Positions 29,805 through 40,139 of a stretch of DNA of 64,000 bases are shown here, in pieces. The DNA comes from Promethearchaeota archaeon (GTDB taxonomy: Archaea > Asgardarchaeota > Lokiarchaeia > Sigyniarchaeales > SOKP01): contig JAHPZA010000004.1 of assembly GCA_019058445.1 (NCBI GenBank), positions 386,184 to 450,183 on the forward strand. Direction: 5' to 3'. Below the pieces are notes generated by a model. The model saw only the letters and a list, made by a program, of their open reading frames with translations. It was not told the DNA's origin and did no database searches. The translations under genes were made by a program, and so were the position numbers. Position 1 is the first letter of the stretch. Every line of letters starts with the position of its first letter.

Positions 29805-30503
29805 TTGAATTTAAATGAAGAAATTCATCATAAGTTAATCTCTAAAGGCGCTTCAATAGTAGGTTTTGCAGATTTAAAAAATGTATCCTATCAAATAAGA
29901 AATGATCTAAGGTATGGTATAGTCATAGGAATAAAGTTAAATCCAAAGGTTATAAAAAAAATTAATCCAGGACCAAGTTTGGATTATTATAATGAATATG
30001 ACCATGTAAATGAAAGATTAAATGAAATTGGTGATTATACGGAATTACTTCTAAAAAGTAAAGGATATGATGCCTTTTCTAAAAGTCAAAAAAATATTTT
30101 TATAGATCAAAATACTAAAAGAACAGATTTACCTCATAAAACTGTTGCTACAAGAGCGGGTCTTGGATGGATTGGGAAATGTGCTTTGTTAATTACAGAC
30201 CAATTTGGTGCTGCAATTCGTCTTACTACTGTATTAACTAATGCTGAGATAAAGGTAGGGAGTCCAATAAATAGCTCGAAATGTGGTGAGTGTGAAGAAT
30301 GTAAAAAGATCTGCCCTGCAGAAGCCGTTAGAGGATATAATTGGGATATAAATCTGGAGAGAGATACCTTCTTTGAAGCTTTAAAATGTCGAGATAAAAT
30401 CATTGAAAGGGGAGAAAAATTAAAATTAAGAGAGGCTATGTGTGGTTTATGTATCTATATATGTCCATGGACGCAAAAATATCTAAAGAATATTGGGGAT
30501 TAG
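29805..30503 (+). CDS. Epoxyqueuosine reductase-like / reductive dehalogenase-like 4Fe-4S protein
   Basis: GASIVGFAD, HKTVATRAGLGWIGK, RLTTVLT, CGECEECKKICP, CGLCIYICPW. Confidence 0.85.
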   Translation: MNLNEEIHHKLISKGASIVGFADLKNVSYQIRNDLRYGIVIGIKLNPKVIKKINPGPSLDYYNEYDHVNERLNEIGDYTELLLKSKGYDAFSKSQKNIFIDQNTKRTDLPHKTVATRAGLGWIGKCALLITDQFGAAIRLTTVLTNAEIKVGSPINSSKCGECEECKKICPAEAVRGYNWDINLERDTFFEALKCRDKIIERGEKLKLREAMCGLCIYICPWTQKYLKNIGD

Positions 30504-30708
30504 ACATAGGGTTTAAGATCTTATTTTTCTATCGTTTTTGAGAATTTTTTTTGCTTAAGAACAATTATAATTTATACTGAAATTATATTTAAGTAAAAAA
30601 TGGTTATTTCTTTGATAATGAAAGTAATAAAATCGCTGAGATAATTTTGATTTATGAAAAATAGAAGAGATCTGCTAAATTACTAAATTTAAAAAAAATT
30701 TTAAAATT

Positions 30709-31491
30709 ATGAAATGGAAGCATTCTTTACAAAAAAGACAGATTATTATCCTAATTCTAATTATAGGACTACTCACTGCAATAACTTCTTTAAATTTAAT
30801 TCAGATTGAATATCAAATGAGAAGAAAAAGTATTAAGATAATGACTTGGAACATACATAATGGAGTTGGGATTGATGATGAATATGATTTAAACAGAATC
30901 ACAACTATAATTAAAAGGAATCAACCTGATATTGTCGGTTTACAGGAAGTAGAAGAGGATATGGCTGAATATATTGCAGATGAGTTGAATATGGAATATT
31001 TTTTTGGGGCAGACTTTGATGATGATGAGGGGAATGCTATATTGAGTAAATATCCGATTGAAGATGTTGAAATTCTATATTTGTCTCCTGATAATAGCAG
31101 ATCACTTATAAGAGCAAATCTTATAATAGATTCTGAAATATGGTACTTATTTATAATTCATTTAACACTAAGACCTACAGAAGATAATTTAAGGCAAACA
31201 GAACAAATTTTATCCAAAGTATTAAAAGGGTATTCTAAACATGTTATATTAATGGGTGATTTCAATTTTGGACCCGATTCTGATCAATATGAAAAAATAA
31301 TGAATTATGAAAATATAGAATTTGTGGATACTTACAGATATTTAAATGAAGATCGTGGCCTTACTTTTAGAACAAATTATCTATTTAGGAGGATAGACTA
31401 TATTTTTTGTTCATCTGATCTGAAACCTATCAATAGTGAAGCAATTTATTCCCAAGCTTCAGATCATTGTGCTGTAATGACAACTTTCTAA
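30709..31491 (+). CDS. Secreted/anchored endonuclease/exonuclease/phosphatase (EEP) family protein
   Basis: N-terminal TM; MTWNIH, LQEV, GNAILSKYP, MGDFN, RIDYIF, SDH. Confidence 0.92.
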   Translation: MKWKHSLQKRQIIILILIIGLLTAITSLNLIQIEYQMRRKSIKIMTWNIHNGVGIDDEYDLNRITTIIKRNQPDIVGLQEVEEDMAEYIADELNMEYFFGADFDDDEGNAILSKYPIEDVEILYLSPDNSRSLIRANLIIDSEIWYLFIIHLTLRPTEDNLRQTEQILSKVLKGYSKHVILMGDFNFGPDSDQYEKIMNYENIEFVDTYRYLNEDRGLTFRTNYLFRRIDYIFCSSDLKPINSEAIYSQASDHCAVMTTF

Positions 31492-31590
31492 AATAAAAGA
31501 ATCAAGTTGCGTTTGTCTTATTGTATTAGACCTTTAACTATAGCATAATTGTAAAAAGGAAAAAAAGGATAAAAAAAAACAGTGAAAATT

Positions 31591-34398
31591 CTAAATTTTC
31601 AATTGTTCTTTTTCTAATGTTAGTGTATAGGCTTCGTTCATTGCAATTTCGAAAATTTTAACTTTAAATCGATCATGCAGAGGGGAGATTTTACAACCCG
31701 CATAGGTTATTTTATATAAAAACTGTGTTAATTTTCCAACGCCACCAATCATTGCTGCTGCCCTCTCAAATTCTTTAAGAGTATTACTATCAAATCCGCC
31801 GAAAAAACCTGCAAGGAAAGCAAAAAAATACATAAAAACAAAAATACCGACAACGAATAATAATAACACGTTAATTATTTTATCTCCTAAAGGTATTTCC
31901 CATACTAATAAACTGACAAATCTTAAGCATACATACGTGATAATTGCGGCGATTCCAGGTGCGATAAACGAGGTCCAAGGATATAGTTTATAGTCGGAAA
32001 TTTTTTTCTTCACAACAATCCATACAAAAAGATTTTTTATTATTAAGGCAGGAATGTATGCAATAATAACATAAATCATATTATTGAAATTCATCAATAA
32101 AATAAGCAATAATATGGCTCTTAACATTTGTTCAATAATCCACGCTATTCCAGCATATAAAGTTTTTCCTGTGCCTTCAAAAGTAGCATCACCGATCCAA
32201 GAATACGGACCAAAAAGTTGAAAGATTATGAGAAAGCCAAGATAATATGTTGCCCGAGCCCAAGTTGGTCCTGCTGCACCAAGAATAAATAAATCTCCAG
32301 TAGCCAGCAGTACAGCCACTAAAAAGAATGCGAGATAGTTACACCACTTAAAACCCTGATAAATATAGAGTTTTACTAAATTTGGACGATTATGCTCATA
32401 TGCCTCCGAAAATCCTCCTAAAAGACTATTGGCAAACAACGCAAGAAAAGAAATTATTATAACAAGGTTATATGCAAGGTTAAAATACCCAAATTCGTTT
32501 GAATAATTAGGAACATATATAGCAATAAGGACCATCTGAAAAAGCCATACAGCAGGAACCCAAATATTACCAATCATCAATTTCACACCATAAGACAACG
32601 CCTCATTCAGTTCTTGTTTGAAAAAATCAGCTCTAAAAATTCGTTTAACAGAAAACCCCTGCTTTTTAAAGAATATCATAGTAATAAAGAATGTACTCCA
32701 CTCAGCAAAATATGCCCCAAAAGCATAACCTATCCCTGCACCTAATGCTTCACCGTAAATTGGGTTCATTCTACCCCATTCTCTGAAGATTAAAATAAAA
32801 ATTATTTGACCAATTAGATTGAGAACTACTGCATATAAAATATACCCTACAAGCTGTAAATCTCCACGCTGTTGGCCTTGAAATATGTAGATAAATACTA
32901 AAAAGAAACCTGGATACTGAACAAGCGAATATGAGATAAATATCCAAGTCATATGAGCCATATTAGTCTGTGGGAAAATTATCGAGCCAATAAGTGCAAT
33001 TAATATTATCTGCAGCATTCCCGTAAGGATCTGCCACCACACGAAAATTTGGATATAGTGAATCGCTTTATCGGGGTCTTTTACCCTATATTGGGCGAAA
33101 TATTTAGCCAGTGCAAATGAAGTTCCTACATCAAATACCATCCAAATGGCCTGAAAGAATTGATAAGCAAAATTATAATATCCAGATGCCTGTGGGTAAG
33201 GTTGAACGTAGCGTGGAATAATGAAAGTAGTAACAACTAATTGGGGCATGACTATCAATAATCCTAAAAAGAAACTGAAAAAAAATCCGGAAATCTGGCG
33301 ATGTGTTCCGATTTGTTCCCATTCATCTTTTAAATCTATTTTTGTTTTCTTTTCTAATTCCTCAATCTCTTTTTTTTCTAAGAGCTTTAATTCTTCAAGA
33401 GAGATTATTGGAGGAGGTTCTGTTGCCTCCATTTTTTCTGCTTCATCCTTCTTGTCTGGTGTGGATTTCTTATCTATAGGATTGAGTTTTGATCTTCTTC
33501 TAACGGTTAAAAATAGTAGAATAGCCACAATTGAGACAATAGAAACATACACTGATAATAATATCTGTTCAAACAGATGGGGAACCGGACTATATTCCCA
33601 TTGATGATATTCGGGGATAGGTTCATCTTGGCAATCTTGAATTACACTATATATGAAATAATTGAAATAAGGCCAAAGTTTAAACTCTTTATTATACGCA
33701 TCTTCCATTAAACCAGTGAAAATGGAAATTTTCCCCTTTCCTAGATCTCTCTCTCCAAATATTAGAGTTTTATACTTTTCTTGTTCTAGATTTTTAGAGA
33801 TGGGGTAGCCTTTAATAATTACATCTACAGAATCATTTAAGTCGTGCAATATTAGTATATCTTTTAAGTCTGGGGCGGAATTCCATTCGATTTTTTTGCT
33901 GATCTCATGATCCTCATCTTTAGGAGTGAGTACGTATTCTTCATCATTGTATCCCATATCAGCACTTTTTTCAAGAATATTTAACTTTTCTAAAAGATAA
34001 GATTCATCCTCCAAATTTGGGCCACATAGTAAAAACAGCCCACCTCCTTTTTTAATAAACGTCGTCAAATTATTTATTTCAAGATCGTTGAATTCATCTA
34101 CATCTGGATCCAAAAGTACTACTACATCATAGTCATCTGCATCCCTTAATTCGGAAATTCTATCGGTTTTGTCAATTTCGAATGAATCGTCAATTTTTAA
34201 GGATCTTATAAAATTATCGTAATCCCCGTTATATACCACTAAAATTTCAACATTGTTATCTTTATCAGTTGAACCTGCAGCTTTAATTGGATGTAATGCA
34301 AGTGCAAACACCATGACATATCCGATTAATAAAATAAGAGAAATTATGAGTATTTTAGGAGTTCTATCTTTTTTGTGAAAAATAAATTCTAATTTCAT
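31591..34398 (-). CDS. MOP/MATE-type flippase fused to an N-terminal extracellular GATase-like (class I) domain
   Basis: Signal/TM; DYDVVVL...LTTFIKKGGGLFLL...GKGKI domain; TM; charged linker; then 12-14 TM region with FDVGTSFALAKYFAQY. Confidence 0.7.
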   Translation of the reverse strand: MKLEFIFHKKDRTPKILIISLILLIGYVMVFALALHPIKAAGSTDKDNNVEILVVYNGDYDNFIRSLKIDDSFEIDKTDRISELRDADDYDVVVLLDPDVDEFNDLEINNLTTFIKKGGGLFLLCGPNLEDESYLLEKLNILEKSADMGYNDEEYVLTPKDEDHEISKKIEWNSAPDLKDILILHDLNDSVDVIIKGYPISKNLEQEKYKTLIFGERDLGKGKISIFTGLMEDAYNKEFKLWPYFNYFIYSVIQDCQDEPIPEYHQWEYSPVPHLFEQILLSVYVSIVSIVAILLFLTVRRRSKLNPIDKKSTPDKKDEAEKMEATEPPPIISLEELKLLEKKEIEELEKKTKIDLKDEWEQIGTHRQISGFFFSFFLGLLIVMPQLVVTTFIIPRYVQPYPQASGYYNFAYQFFQAIWMVFDVGTSFALAKYFAQYRVKDPDKAIHYIQIFVWWQILTGMLQIILIALIGSIIFPQTNMAHMTWIFISYSLVQYPGFFLVFIYIFQGQQRGDLQLVGYILYAVVLNLIGQIIFILIFREWGRMNPIYGEALGAGIGYAFGAYFAEWSTFFITMIFFKKQGFSVKRIFRADFFKQELNEALSYGVKLMIGNIWVPAVWLFQMVLIAIYVPNYSNEFGYFNLAYNLVIIISFLALFANSLLGGFSEAYEHNRPNLVKLYIYQGFKWCNYLAFFLVAVLLATGDLFILGAAGPTWARATYYLGFLIIFQLFGPYSWIGDATFEGTGKTLYAGIAWIIEQMLRAILLLILLMNFNNMIYVIIAYIPALIIKNLFVWIVVKKKISDYKLYPWTSFIAPGIAAIITYVCLRFVSLLVWEIPLGDKIINVLLLFVVGIFVFMYFFAFLAGFFGGFDSNTLKEFERAAAMIGGVGKLTQFLYKITYAGCKISPLHDRFKVKIFEIAMNEAYTLTLEKEQLKI

Positions 34399-34478
34399 AG
34401 ATTATAATTTTAATTTACTCTTTAAATAAGTATCTTAAAAATTACATAAATGTGGAAAAAAAATATTTTTTTTTAAGA

Positions 34479-35651
34479 TTACTCAAGTATTTCAATATCG
34501 AGTTGGTCCAAAATCTCAATTAAATCAAGCACTTCGAAACCCATATTGAATGTTTCATTGGCATCGCTTAAGTTTGTCTTACAAAAGGGGCACATAGAGG
34601 TCAATACGGCAGCCCCTGTTTCTTTAGCTTCTTCCAGCCTCTCTTTTGAAATTTCTAAAGCCCAATCAGGGTACCCAATTTTTACACCTCCGCCTGCACC
34701 ACAACACCATGCATTTTCTCTAATTCTTTCCATCTCAACGAACTTAATTCCCGGGATTTGTTTTATTACTTCCCTGGGAACTTCATACATATCCATATGT
34801 CTTCCAAGATGGCAAGGATCGTGATACGTTATTACTTTGTCATAATTTGAGGCAATTTTGATTTTTCCGTCATTTAGAAGTTTTTTAATCAGTTCCCCCG
34901 TATGATAAACTTCAAATCCTAAGTCTGCTCCGAATTTTTCATAATCTTTCAATAAAGTTCTATAGCATCCCGCACAAGAAGTTACCACTTTAGAAGCACC
35001 TGCATTTTTTATTCGTGCAATATTGTAGTTCATAAAATCGGATGCACAATCTACTTGTCCAGTTCTTAACATTGGACTTGTGCAGCAATGTTCATCAACT
35101 AAAGTAAAATCTATACCTGTTTTTTTAAGAAGTCTAAGTGTTGCATCCCTTAAATTTTGTTGACGATAATTTGAAGTACAACCTATGAAGTAAACCCATT
35201 CTGCTTCATCTGGTAAATCGTATTCTTTCTTTAATGCTTCATTATCAGAGTTTGGCTCTCCATAAGGATTCCACATCTCGGGATTAGTTGCCCGCTCTAC
35301 CAATACTTTTTGTTTTTCAGGGCAAAATCCGCTCTTTGTGGCTTCAGCGCGAGCTGCTTCAATCATATCCACAAGTAAGAAATTAAATTTTTCAAATCTG
35401 CAATTTTCCATACAATTCCCACAGGTTGGGCAGGAGTAGAGTACGTTTGCTAAATTCTCGCTCCATTGCAGATCTCCATTAATTACTCCATAGATAAGCC
35501 ATAGTCTTCCTCCCGTACTGTATGTTTCAAAGCGATGCTTTTTATAGCTAGGACAGTTAAAATCATTATAATCATAAGTGAATTTACAATATCCACATCG
35601 AAAGCATCTATGGATGATATCTTTCCAATCTAATTCTGCTTCACTTGTCAT
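34479..35651 (-). CDS. Fe-S oxidoreductase with CCG domains (HdrD/GlcF-like)
   Basis: CFRCGYC, CPTCGNC..C, FIGC, EHCC, SCAGC, YHDPCHLGR, CCGAGGG, CPFC. Confidence 0.92.
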   Translation of the reverse strand: MTSEAELDWKDIIHRCFRCGYCKFTYDYNDFNCPSYKKHRFETYSTGGRLWLIYGVINGDLQWSENLANVLYSCPTCGNCMENCRFEKFNFLLVDMIEAARAEATKSGFCPEKQKVLVERATNPEMWNPYGEPNSDNEALKKEYDLPDEAEWVYFIGCTSNYRQQNLRDATLRLLKKTGIDFTLVDEHCCTSPMLRTGQVDCASDFMNYNIARIKNAGASKVVTSCAGCYRTLLKDYEKFGADLGFEVYHTGELIKKLLNDGKIKIASNYDKVITYHDPCHLGRHMDMYEVPREVIKQIPGIKFVEMERIRENAWCCGAGGGVKIGYPDWALEISKERLEEAKETGAAVLTSMCPFCKTNLSDANETFNMGFEVLDLIEILDQLDIEILE

Positions 35652-35654
35652 TTT

Positions 35655-37037
35655 TTACACCTCCCAATTTCCAGGATTCATAATTCCATTAGGATCTACG
35701 ATATTACGGATGGTTTTTAAGAGCATTTTATAATTAGGATCCATTTTTTCAATCATTAATTTTTGACCACCCAATTCTGCTTTCCATGGGAGTCCTCCTA
35801 AATTTAACACCATTTCATTGGTTTCATGAAGTGCTTTTCTAGCTTTTTCCATATCCTCCGGATCAGCCCTATTAAATGAATATGAGGCAGCAAACATTAC
35901 GGCATGACCTCTTCCGATTATTCGAGAAACTTGCGTTGGGACAATCCCATACTTCAGAGAAATATCGCGCGCTATTTCGATAGCTTCTGGTATCTTTTCT
36001 AAAGGCATAAAGGAGCCGACATATTCGAAACCACCCCCTTTTCTAAAATCAGCAGCTTTTGCGGCAAATTGAGGTTGTTCTAAAAAAATATCATAATATT
36101 TAGGAGGCATTTTCATAAAAGTCGCTTTATTTTTACGATACATCTTTTTCAGTATTTTTGTTTTAGACGCTAGTTCTTCTTGAGTATCTCCATTTATATA
36201 AAGCATAAGAATTGCATATCCTTTCATAAAATCTGGCTTTTCTGCCAATGCAACCATTAGATCTTCAGGTATATCAGTTTTTGTAAGATTCAAAACCAAT
36301 TCTGGAATAGTGTCTAGATCTTTGATTAAGCCGATGACAATATCTCGAAATTTAGGCTTTGGGAATAATTTGATAGATAATTTTGTTACAATCCCCATCG
36401 TTCCGAAAGCACTAGTAAAAAGACCAACTAAGTCCGGTATGGGGCCTCTCGTAAACCAATATTTAGACATTGCACATGACCCAACTTTTAATACCTCTCC
36501 ATTTGCTAACACAACTTCTAATCCATTTATCATCGCTCCATGATCTCCGTACTTCTGTGATAAATAACCAGAACCGTGTATTAGCGCGTTTCCAGCTAAT
36601 GTTATTGATGGGGGCGCATCTGGAAATGGAGCTCGAAGATCTGGATATTTTTCATTTAAATAAGAAATGATTTGCCCGGAGGTTACCCCAGCTTCTACTA
36701 AAGCATATCGGCTTGTCTCATTTATTTCAATTATTTTATCCATTCGCTTCATGTCTAAAACGATGCCACCCTTAACCGGAATTACTAATCCACTTAAGGT
36801 CATTCCCCCTCCCATAGGGATGATTGGAATTTTTTCTTCGTTAGCTATCCTTACAATTTGTTGTACTTCTTCGACTGTTTCTGGCATAGCTACGAAGTCC
36901 ACAGGTCGAGGGTGAGAAACCCCTGGATCTTGGGAATAAATAAAGAGTTCTTCCGGACTATTTGATGCAAAATCTTTACCTACAATTTCTTCTAGTTTAC
37001 TTAACACTTCAACATTACTCATGGTATATACCACCAA
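35655..37037 (-). CDS. FAD-binding oxidoreductase (VAO/PCMH-GlcD superfamily), tandem copy 4
   Basis: P..VEEVQ, PMGGGMTLSG, VEAGVT, GLEVVL.NG, GIVTK, DPNGIMNPG. Confidence 0.9.
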   Translation of the reverse strand: MVVYTMSNVEVLSKLEEIVGKDFASNSPEELFIYSQDPGVSHPRPVDFVAMPETVEEVQQIVRIANEEKIPIIPMGGGMTLSGLVIPVKGGIVLDMKRMDKIIEINETSRYALVEAGVTSGQIISYLNEKYPDLRAPFPDAPPSITLAGNALIHGSGYLSQKYGDHGAMINGLEVVLANGEVLKVGSCAMSKYWFTRGPIPDLVGLFTSAFGTMGIVTKLSIKLFPKPKFRDIVIGLIKDLDTIPELVLNLTKTDIPEDLMVALAEKPDFMKGYAILMLYINGDTQEELASKTKILKKMYRKNKATFMKMPPKYYDIFLEQPQFAAKAADFRKGGGFEYVGSFMPLEKIPEAIEIARDISLKYGIVPTQVSRIIGRGHAVMFAASYSFNRADPEDMEKARKALHETNEMVLNLGGLPWKAELGGQKLMIEKMDPNYKMLLKTIRNIVDPNGIMNPGNWEV

Positions 37038-37147
37038 TTTTAAAATATAACCTATTATTTACTTGATTTTATAGATTTTTTTATCTTGATATGAATAAAT
37101 ATTATTCTCTTTTTATATTTTTAATAATTATTCATTTTAGGATCTAA

Positions 37148-38518
37148 TCAAATAATTTCCCAATTCCCAGGATTCATTATTCCATTTGGATCTAGAGTAT
37201 TTCGTATGGTTTTTAGTAAATATTTATAATTCGGATCCATTTTCTCGAGAATTAATTTTTGTCCGTCTAATTCCGCTTTCCATGGAATACCACCAAGTTC
37301 TAAAGCAAGTTTATTCGTTTCATGGAGCGCATTGCGTGCATTTTCCATCTCCTTAGGATCAGCTCTATTGAACGAATAAGAGAAAAACATTACTATAGTG
37401 TGGGTTTCACCAATTAATCTTGATCCTAATGTAGGAGGAATTCCATATTTTCTTGAAACTTCAGCACCCTTTTTATATGCATCAGGAATTTTTTCCAATG
37501 GCATAAATGCTCCAACATATTCAAAACCACCGCCTTTTCTATAATCTGCAGCTCCTGCTGCAAAAATTGGTCTACCCAAATATAAATCATGCATCTTTTT
37601 GGGTGCTTTCATAAATCTTGCACCAGATTTACGATATAATTTCTTTAAGATTTTAACTTGTTCATCTAAAGTTTCTTGTGTTTCCCCAGTGATATATGTC
37701 ATAAGAAAAACATAGCCTTTCATCCATTCGGGTTTATCCTGCATACCTAGTAATACATCTTCAGCAATACCAATGGCAGTTAATTTATAAAGTAAATCTG
37801 GGATTTTTTCAGGATCTTCCATTAAACCAAATACGATATCCCTCTTTTTAGGTTTTGCAAATAATTGAATTGATAGCTTAGTGATTATTCCCATTGTTCC
37901 AAAAGCACTTATAAATAATCCTATAAAATCAGGTATAGGCCCTCTACCAAACCAATAATCTGATAAAGCACAAGATCCAAACTTAGCAATCTCTCCATTT
38001 GGAAGTATAACTTCTAAACCATTGATCAGACCTCCATAATCACCGTATCTTTGGGATAAATACCCAGAGCCATGGATTAATACGTTTCCTACTATTGTTG
38101 CTGAGGGCGGAGCGTCAGGAATGGGCGGTTGTAAATCAGGATAATTTTCTCTAAGATATGTCAGTAATTTGCCTGTAGTAACTCCTGCTTCTATTAGGGC
38201 ATAGCGACTAAATTTGTTAATCTCAAGTATTTCATCCATGCGTTTCATGTCTAAAACGATACCTCCTTTAACAGGGATTATAAGTCCAGAAAGAGTTAAT
38301 CCTCCACCCATAGGAACAATCGGGATCTTTTCGTTATTTGCTAATTGTACGATTTTCTGAACCTCTTCAGTTGTTTTGGGCATTACTACAAAATCAACTG
38401 GACGAGGAATTGACGCTCCAGGATCATGAGAATAAATAAAGAGGTCTTCCCGCTTATTTGAGGCAAAATCTTTTCCCACAATTTCTTTTAATTTACTTAA
38501 TACTTCAACACTATTCAT
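37148..38518 (-). CDS. FAD-binding oxidoreductase, tandem copy 3
   Basis: Same motifs as neighbours. Confidence 0.9.
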   Translation of the reverse strand: MNSVEVLSKLKEIVGKDFASNKREDLFIYSHDPGASIPRPVDFVVMPKTTEEVQKIVQLANNEKIPIVPMGGGLTLSGLIIPVKGGIVLDMKRMDEILEINKFSRYALIEAGVTTGKLLTYLRENYPDLQPPIPDAPPSATIVGNVLIHGSGYLSQRYGDYGGLINGLEVILPNGEIAKFGSCALSDYWFGRGPIPDFIGLFISAFGTMGIITKLSIQLFAKPKKRDIVFGLMEDPEKIPDLLYKLTAIGIAEDVLLGMQDKPEWMKGYVFLMTYITGETQETLDEQVKILKKLYRKSGARFMKAPKKMHDLYLGRPIFAAGAADYRKGGGFEYVGAFMPLEKIPDAYKKGAEVSRKYGIPPTLGSRLIGETHTIVMFFSYSFNRADPKEMENARNALHETNKLALELGGIPWKAELDGQKLILEKMDPNYKYLLKTIRNTLDPNGIMNPGNWEII

Positions 38519-38642
38519 TTTTGTTAGCCCCTAATTCAACAAAAAACAATTTATCTTTGAAATAAAAGATTTTTTTTATCTTGATAAGATTATATATTTG
38601 TCTCTTTTTATTCTTATAATAATTATTCATTTGAGCCGTAAA

Positions 38643-40028
38643 CTAACGAATTTCCCAATTCCCGGGATTCATAATCCCGTTAGGATCTACGACGTTGCGG
38701 ATAGCATTAAATAACTTTTTATAGTTCGGATCCATCTTCTCGAGAATTAACTTTTGACCGGTTAATTCTGATTTCCAGATTATTCCTCCTAAATCTAATA
38801 CCAATTTATTTGTCTCATGAAGAGCATTTCTAGCATTTTCTATATCTGCTGGGTCAGCTCTATTAAATGAAAAAGAAGCAGCAAACATTACATTATGTCC
38901 TTTTCCAATTACTCTACAAACTTGTGTGGGGGAAATTCCGTATTTTAATGAAATGTCACGCGCTTTTTCAATCGCCTCTGGAATTTTTCCAAGTGGCATA
39001 AAAGAGCCAACATATTCGAAACCGCCACCTTTTCTATAATCTGCTGCTGTTGAAATAAACATAGGCTTTTCTAAAAAGAATTTATTCAGTTCTTCTGGTA
39101 TTTTCATGTAGCTACCCTTCGTTTTACGATATAAGCGCTTTAATTTTTTTGTTTTGGAATCGATTTCTTCTTGCGTGTTTCCAGTTATGAATGTCATTAA
39201 GAATACATTACCCTTCATGAAGGCGGGTTTATCTTGTACGAAGAAAGTGATATCTTCGGCTAAATCTATCTGAGTAATTTTTGATATAGCAACCGGAATC
39301 ATCTTAGGATTCCCAAATACGCCAACAGCAAGATCTCTTAATTTGTCTTTCGGATATAGTTTAATAGAAAGTCTAGTCGCAATTCCCAAAGTGCCAAAAG
39401 AACTTATAAATAATCCGATAAGATCGGGGATAGGACCTCTGGTAAACCAATAATCGGATATACAACAAGAACCAAGCTTACAAATCTCACCGTTTGGCAA
39501 AACTATTTCTAATCCATTAATCATCTCCCCATGGTTCCCATACTTTTGGGATAAAAAGCCCGATCCATGAATTAACGCATTTCCAGTCACCGTTGCTGAA
39601 GGAGGAGCATCCGGGATTGAGACTTCTAAATCGGGATGATGTTTTTCAAGGTAAGCGGTGAGGATTCCCGTTGTTACTCCTGCTTCAATAAGAGCATATC
39701 GGCTTGTTTTGTTTATTTCAATGATTTGATCCATTCTTTTCATATCGACCACAATCCCCCCTTTAATAGGGATAGTCAATCCACTTAATGTCATCCCCGC
39801 ACCCATTGGAACCAAAGAAATTTTTTCTTTATTAGCTAATCGCACGATCTTTTGGACTTCCTCAACTGTTCTAGGCATAATCACATAATCCACAGGACGA
39901 GGAATTGAGGCTCCAGAATCCTGGGAATAAATAAAAAGATCTTCTGCTTTATTAGACGCAAAATCTTGACCAACGATGTCTTCTAACTTTCTCAAGATCG
40001 CTTCTTTATTCGTTATGGATAACTCCAA
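38643..40028 (-). CDS. FAD-binding oxidoreductase, tandem copy 2
   Basis: Same motifs as neighbours. Confidence 0.9.
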   Translation of the reverse strand: MELSITNKEAILRKLEDIVGQDFASNKAEDLFIYSQDSGASIPRPVDYVIMPRTVEEVQKIVRLANKEKISLVPMGAGMTLSGLTIPIKGGIVVDMKRMDQIIEINKTSRYALIEAGVTTGILTAYLEKHHPDLEVSIPDAPPSATVTGNALIHGSGFLSQKYGNHGEMINGLEIVLPNGEICKLGSCCISDYWFTRGPIPDLIGLFISSFGTLGIATRLSIKLYPKDKLRDLAVGVFGNPKMIPVAISKITQIDLAEDITFFVQDKPAFMKGNVFLMTFITGNTQEEIDSKTKKLKRLYRKTKGSYMKIPEELNKFFLEKPMFISTAADYRKGGGFEYVGSFMPLGKIPEAIEKARDISLKYGISPTQVCRVIGKGHNVMFAASFSFNRADPADIENARNALHETNKLVLDLGGIIWKSELTGQKLILEKMDPNYKKLFNAIRNVVDPNGIMNPGNWEIR

Positions 40029-40139
40029 ATTTTAAATCAGCTCTTAAAAAAATACTAAAATTTTCCCTTAGTGTTTCATATTTGGATTAATAATTACTTA
40101 AACTTCTTCGTTTTAATACTTTTTTCACATTTAAGTCAA

